A DNA stretch of 60,509 nucleotides, the filler included, from Sphacelaria rigidula (lineage: Eukaryota): the NCBI GenBank assembly GCA_964200075.2. It is 8 parts of 8 records of this genome, joined end to end, with 100 filler letters (N's around TTAATTAATTAA, not from the genome) between each part and the next. Parts side by side here need not be neighbours in the genome. Positions count along the whole stretch, not along the records: positions 53,034 to 60,509 come from CAXNAA020014750.1; 7 more parts are not named here. The stretch is one strand, 5' to 3'. Positions 54,051 to 60,509 of the stretch are shown here, one piece after another (within the stretch, counting starts at the first letter, position 1; each line of letters opens with the position of its first letter). The position numbers and the translations under genes were made by a program. The notes under the pieces were generated by a model that was not told the DNA's origin, ran no database searches, and saw only the letters and a program-made list of their open reading frames with translations.

Positions 54051-56182
54051 CTGTCCGACGTGTGCAACATATGCAAGAAATGTACTGGGTAGAGTATAGG
54101 CCTATTGCATCTATTTGTCATATATTGTTATTATCCAGGATGTGAAATGGTTGAGGGATCAACTCATGTCTTCCTCGGTGCCCGGTGCCTGCCTCTTGAC
54201 AATGTTCTATCGAGCCTTGCATGCCCACTTCCGCAACCTGTCGACCATCGTCTATCTTGTTTTCGTTTTGTTCCTGCTTGCGTTCTCCCTGTCTTGACCA
54301 AGACCAATTTCTTGTCGACGTTGAATGAACAAATGTTCAAGAGAAGTAAGCCATTGCGCAATACTCGTCTCTGGGTTTTACCGCATCTAGTAGGGTCATG
54401 GCTCAAGCAACGATCTTTCGGTGGTGCTCAGTATTTGGTTTTGTCATTGCGGCAAGCGCGCACTGGAGGTGCGAAGTGAGCGATGTGGGTCGCTTGAGCC
54501 GTAGCGTGTAAATCGATTACCTGATTGATGGATTGTTTATTTTTTATTTTATAGTCGTACTTTAAATGCCCCCCCAGGGATCCAGCCGTGGTCACATGAT
54601 AGACGTACCCGAGACCAGAAGAAAAAAACTAAAACGCTCGCTAAAGAAAAGAATACAAAACAGAAAAATGTAGGAGATATCAACAGTATAGACTGAATAA
54701 AATAAAGAAAAAAACTGAAAAAAAAAAGTATGACAGACCTCTGCCACATGGCTTCGGTGGAAAAGGTCTTGCGCAGAACCACTCTCATACCCAGTCGTAA
54801 AAAATAAAACACCGTGGGGAAATTGTTGCGGCTCGTCTACTATGACCGCACTATTTTGGGCATGAACCCTCCCATCCATGGACCCCACGGAAGCGAGGCA
54901 CCGATTTGCTTTGGCATACACCGGCAGGAAATAACACATGTATGGAGAGAAATGTGGGGAAAGGGAGAGCACAGGAAGAGGGGACTACTGCAGAAGTTCC
55001 CTGAGACGGACGATCCCAAGTTGTATGAGGTTCTCGGATTACCCTCACAAGGGTACTATCGCACTGCTGCCGAAATACTCCACAGACGGGGGTCGGGCAA
55101 AGCATGAGAGGAATGGGTAAAGACACGATCGAGGCGAGCTTTAGTTATTTTAGCTGCCAGCACGAGACTGGTTTATGACTGCCTCAAACAAACACCTTCC
55201 CCTTTTTCACTGTGAGCTGTTGGTTAGTTGATTGATGGGTTGATGGATTGGTTTAGATCCTCTACACATCAACTGATGCGCTACGCATCCAGCGGCGATC
55301 ACAACATTCCCAGAAGATGTACCCAATAACGTGAAAATAGGAGGGAGGAGACACTCGCTATGAATGGAGGATACCCGAAAAGATTTATTATACGAAAATG
55401 CAGATATCTGGTTTCACAAACTGGGTCTAAACACCTCACACATATGTTTTGCCTCGGTCCCACTACACTTTTCTTGGAGGGGCCTGACGCGGCATCGCTT
55501 TTGAGGGGAGAGTCGGGTACCTATCGCTGCTGTCATGAACTAATCTACCAAAAACTTGGCCCGATCTCAGTACCGTATTTATCAAAAGGCGTTCTCAGTC
55601 GCCTATATCGAACGACACTCCATATGCGCAATCGCTACTTTGCGGTTTGACGTTACCAAGAATTACCGAAGACACGGTAAAGAAAACAACAACTGCTACG
55701 TATATTTGTCGCGGTTCGAAACCCTCCGCACGAACGGGTCGTTCGGTTCACTAGCTTGACTCTCGCAGAGCGGCGGCTGCCTTGGTGTCCAATCGTACTA
55801 TTGTAAGTTAAATAGTTAACTGGGTGTGTGTGACGTGAGTTGACGCGGTGCGGGAGTGCCGATCCAATCCGCGAGACCAAAATGAAAGGCACGTACCGGT
55901 GGAGAGATGGGTTGATCCCTCGAGACAACGGACTCATCCCGAGGAAGGGGAGAGGTTCAAAGTGTGTGAGGAAAAAAAAAAAAAAGTTGACCTTTTGTGT
56001 ACCGTTGTTTCTGAGCAAATGAGCATGGGGCGTTTCATCCTCGCGATACCGGTCTTTCAGATGAATCAGTTGCGCTGTAGAAAGTACGCGTTCGTGACCG
56101 TGAGAAACGTAGTACACCGAGGCTCACGTTTGTCTCGCTCTGACGTCGCTGACAACGCGGTTGTTGTTGTTTTTTGGGGCAG

Positions 56183-58161
56183 ATCACTTCTTGCTTCGAG
56201 AAGATATCGTGCTTCGGACTAACGCACCCGGGGTTTGACGTGGTGAAGAAGAGCTTCAAGGGGGAAATCAGTAAAATACAACCCTCCTTCCTACGACTTC
56301 TCAACGCCTACGTACGTCACATCTTCGGCGAACTGGTGAGGTGTCCTGTGTTTGTGTGTATGTGTCTGTGCGCGCGCGTATTTGTGTATCTTTCCCTTGT
56401 TCCTCGTTGTTCTCTCGACGTTGTATGGTGCATGCCTCTTAAGTGCATATGTGTTTTTTTTGCTGCTGCTGCTGCTGCTGCTGCTTTTCTTCTTTTGGTG
56501 AATCGAATCCGTTGGTCCCGGTTCTTCGTTAATTCATGAAACAAAGCGATGTTTCGGTATGTATATTAAATTAATGTCCCTGCATTGATGTACCACCATT
56601 CAAGTGTCAGCGTGGCTCTCCCTTTTTTTTGCTTCCGATCCTTGTGGTTATTTTATTCCGACGGTATCACGCCCCCCCCACCGAACAACGTAGCGGTAGA
56701 TTGGGGGGGGGTAGAGGGGGGCTATAAATATCTACTTTCCTCCTCATTTCAATGCGCACACTTGTTTACCTTTTTCAAATGCTCTTGGCGTATCTGAGTT
56801 TCCACGAAAGTAGAATGTCTATCCGCTTCACTCACCATGCAACTGTTCTGCCGGTGAATGAAGGTCTTCCCGACCAAAAATCCTTTGTAAAAAAAAGTAT
56901 TGAAGACGTCATTGATGTGACTTCTGTCGAACCTCTGCGGAACCTCTGCCGAACAGAACAAACGCTCAATCCCAAGTTATCTAGGTTTAGTATGCGACAG
57001 CTGTAATTTTTTCATTGCATCTTCCTCGAGAGAGGAAGCAAACCGGCCTGTGGCACTTGACAGCCCCCCGCACACGCACTAGATCTATTGAGTGCCGCCG
57101 CGGATCTACTCAATTCGCCACAGCGGATCCGAAAAGCCCCCCAACGTCGAAGAAAACGCGATTTGTAGTATTACGGAAATGCCGCCGCGTCATTCAAAAG
57201 TTATGGTGTGTGGGAAGCGCACGCATCAAACCGCAGTTCAATCCTCTGCTTCGTTGCCGAGAAATTTACGTTGAAAGCTGAGCACAGCAACGAACTGCAA
57301 CAAGAAGGGCACAACAACACGAGCAGCAGCCCCTATCCTCCTGTTGTTGTAAACCTGTGCACAGGTGTACAGCAACGGCAGTCACAGGGTTGTTGTAGAA
57401 TTTACCATAGCAATAATACACTTTGTATGAGCGCCGTCGTCATTTCGAGCGACGCGTGTATTTGTGATTGATACTGATTGGCTCATTTAGTTTTCGTTTC
57501 TTCTGCGTTCGACTGACTGAAGTTGGTCGGTCCATTCTCCTGATATAGAGTGCCCACAACCGGGGCCCATTCACCGGCATAACTGTATATATACTCTAGT
57601 CTAGTGATACCTGACCAACCCTCCCCGATGCAGTGCAACTTGGATCCTGTTTGGTCTATAATTCTGCTCCTTATGTGACCTTTATCGTCTTGTCGGGGTA
57701 GCGGCGTAGCGGGAGAAGGGCGGGTGCAAGGTTGAACATAATGGATGATGTCGAGAATTCCAGAAACGACCTGCGAACCGTCTCACGCATCTCTGTCTCT
57801 CTGTCTCTCTCTCTCAGTAAGATTGTCCGGTGTCACGCCACGTGAATTATCCTTTCAAGCTCAAACCCCTCTGAAGACTTTCTTGATTACCGCATAATAT
57901 CTACCCGTTTCTCACTCCCCATCCCCCCTCCCCCCTGCTCCCCCCCCTCTCAAAACAGCTGGAGCCAAAAAAAATCAACGGGCGTTTCCTCACGGCACCC
58001 GAACTTCGCAACTACGCTTCTGCGTACGTGGAGCTGTTCCACAACGGTGCTCACTTCCCGGCGGCGAAGTCTCTGCTCGAGGCTACTGCAGGCGCGCACA
58101 ACGGCAACGCCAAGCACGTGGCTCTAATCAAATATAAGGTCCGTCTATTGGATCCATTGGG

Positions 58162-58193
<32 letters not shown>

Positions 58194-58283
58194 CGGGGGG
58201 GAGTGCCGCCGCCCGTGGCCAAATTCCCTATTTGAANNNNNNNNNNGGGGGCGCTAAAAAAAGTAGGGGGCCCGTTTGGGGCG

Positions 58284-58316
<33 letters not shown>

Positions 58317-60248
58317 GCGGTATGCCGATAGAGTTTACCGCATCCAGTTGCCAAATTCCATGCTTGAACACGTACCGAAATAATACTTGATTTTTGTTTA
58401 AGATGTCTCACTCGATATCTTGGGGACTGACCGTCCTATGTTCTCGCAAGCGTGCGCAAGATGCGTTTTCTCTCGAACGCAGCTTCGGCGCTGATTTTGG
58501 CTCCATCAAACGCACTCTCTTGTCTATGGTACCTCTTGTACCCCCCTTCCCCTGCACTAGGGTGCTCGGTATGCCTTGAGTCGGGTTTGGCATCAGGATC
58601 AATAAAAACGAAGGATGTTGTGTCAACGATTATACGAAATTGTCGAGCGGTTGGTGTACGTTGAGGTATATGCTCAAGAGATGAAACAACAAAGAAGTTT
58701 CAATCAAAAGTGGTGGAGACGAAGGAAATACAAGAGTTAGATCGGCCTGAAGGGGAGGAATATTGCTGACTGTCTGACCGCTATCCTGCTGTCATGTCGT
58801 TCACGACTGGGAACCTCGCCCAGGGCGAATCGGCAAGCATGACTCGGGTTAAAGCATAACTCCGTTTTGTGGGTAAGAACATTTTTATGCTGGCATCTAT
58901 TATGCCCGGCCCAGGTTTGAGGAACTAGTTTCGGTGAGACCCTGGAGGATGACTACCAGAAACGTGTGTTGTCACTATTTTTTCTTTTCGTTTTTTTCTC
59001 GGCACCGTTGGCAAGAGACCAGACAGTGTTGGACTTATTAATGGGGATACTCTAGCCGCACAATTTGCACGTTGAAGTAGCATATGCTTCGCGTGGTTTC
59101 GAGACAAGAGCCGAGGCCCATGTGTGGCGTTGGAGTGAAGGAAGAAAAAATTGTTGGGTAGCTGTTTGCTAACGCGCTCGCTCAAGTGGTTGATGATTGT
59201 GATTGCGTGCCAAGGTAATCGTGAAATTGGTCGTGCTCTACACTGCCGTAGTTCCTCTTCGTTTGCCGCCCACAATTTGAAGAAGCATTCCGAATAAGTT
59301 TTTATTGCTCATCTATCTAAACCGCCTGCAGACATGACAAAAAAATATCGCGTGGACAGACAAGACATGAACCCAAAAATGAAAGCCGAGTAATCATGCA
59401 TACCCCGACGTCAGGGTAGAAACGATTTCACACACTTTCCCCCCCACCTCTTATTTGACCGCCTCGTTCTAGCCGGTCAATTTGAACCATCGTCCGTGGT
59501 GTGCACCCAATCCTCGCGAGTTCCGGTATTCCGAATCAGGAATCCCTCTCTAATTCTGGCATTCCAAGATCTGGAAATATGAGAATTTTTCGGGAAACTC
59601 TGCTGTGGTTCTCACGGGTTCATTTTATTAAAATCTGTTGTCGAAGTTACATTTGCTTCTTTCATCATTCAGTACTCTCAATTATTCCTCGTTTTTCGAG
59701 CAAGACGTTGTGTTCGGTGAAAAATCATTTGGTCGCTGTACGTTACGTTTTACATTCAAATACCCTGTAAGAGTTGCTTTTTACGTCGTTTTTGCTTTTT
59801 AAAAAAGAAAAAAACGAAATAGGGGTGGCCATTTGCTGATGACAGCTACCTTTGTGTTTTTCACCCCGAACGGGCAAAACGTAAACTCTCTCGTGGCGTC
59901 ACATCGTTTTGATGGGTTTTCGGAATTGAGTTGCGTTTTTGCCTATGAAGTCGGTCTCTTTTTTGTTTTGTTTGAGTTAAAACCTTCTTCATTTATTTTC
60001 ACTATTGTCAGCCTTCCTTATTTTTTCTGTTTGATTTCTCCCTCTCATCCAAAACAGTCGGAGATGGACTCGCGTGTCGGACCGAAGGCTACTGGCTACC
60101 TCACACCGGAGGCATTTGAGGAACACGAAACGCTCTGCAGGTCGGGTTCGTTCGGCGTGTTCGACACGATGGCCACCATGGGACGGCGGTCCGAGATTGT
60201 GAGAGTCCGATCGCTCTTGCTCGATGAGCTCAATGACGCCAAGATCAG
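56183..60248 (+). CDS. ATL: Atlastin-like GB1/RHD3-family GTPase, internal exons (end of GTPase domain and three-helix middle domain)
   Basis: Exons 56183-56335 (ITSCFEKISCFGLTHPGFDV..F.G.I..I...F), 57959-58138 (LEPKKINGRFLT..Y..AYV.LF..FPAAKSLLEATAGAHN) and 60058-60248 (SEMD..YLTPE..F...ATMG). These follow the atlastin pattern IHSCF.NISCFLLPHPG / KEING / PHPKSMLQATAEANN / KKMG. Introns are GT-AG and phases join. Confidence 0.88.
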
Positions 60249-60477
60249 GTACACCTCTATCTGTGCTCAGTGGATACTTTGATCCAAGCCTAGTGGATAC
60301 AGATAGGCTACTTACTCTGTACCTTGCGGGTACGAGAAGGGTGTCTCGTAGTGGCGAATGTCGAGTTATTTGTACTGTCTCCTGTGTATCGGCTATGATC
60401 GTAGTTTGCTTAGACACTTTTACGATAGCCCCCCCCCCAAAAAAAAAAGCGGTGCTCCGTCTCGAAAGGGATGCGTG

Positions 60478-60509
60478 GTCAATGGTCAAACGACTAAGGC
60501 AAGCAACAA
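60478..60509 (+). repeat. 32-bp sequence identical to the first 32 bp of the same contig (53034-53065)
   Basis: GTCAATGGTCAAACGACTAAGGCAAGCAACAA at both contig ends. A related motif GGGATGCGAGGTCAATGGTCCTATGACTAGGGCA occurs at ~37122-37155. Confidence 0.95.

Noticed and set aside
54302..55107. Additional upstream atlastin exons
   Set aside because: Candidate AG/GT-bounded segments show no atlastin motifs and could not be joined convincingly.

Overview
Eukaryotic genomic DNA, most likely from a brown alga (Phaeophyceae, Ectocarpus-like). This is inferred from the intron-rich genes with GC-rich exons, the repeat landscape and the stramenopile-type bZIP, CaMK and atlastin sequences. The window is not a contiguous locus. 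It is eight unrelated contigs (7477 bp, then seven of exactly 7476 bp) joined by artificial 100-bp linkers (44 N + TTAATTAATTAA + 44 N), so adjacency across linkers has no biological meaning. Contig 1 (1-7477) has a large exon of an unknown protein plus repeats. Contig 2 (7578-15053) has a complete 5-exon TPR (kinesin-light-chain-like) gene with a probable mitochondrial presequence; its intron 1 holds a tRNA-derived SINE and a piggyBac-type MITE. Contig 3 (15154-22629) has a decayed Ty1/copia element, two tandem arrays and a Helitron-like hairpin end. Contig 4 (22730-30205) has a bZIP exon followed by a ~4.6-kb nested fold-back transposon stack. Contig 5 (30306-37781) has the 3' part of an SMP lipid-transfer-domain gene (8 exons, minus strand). 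Contig 6 (37882-45357) is a head-to-tail array of at least three Ty1/copia units that share single LTRs. Contig 7 (45458-52933) has a CaMK-family kinase with an 11-nt microexon and a Stowaway-like MITE. Contig 8 (53034-60509) has atlastin exons, an AGCT-rich satellite and a 32-bp terminal direct repeat. The most notable structures are the shared-LTR copia array and the intronic nested fold-back. I found no convincing evidence of a wholly new molecular system.
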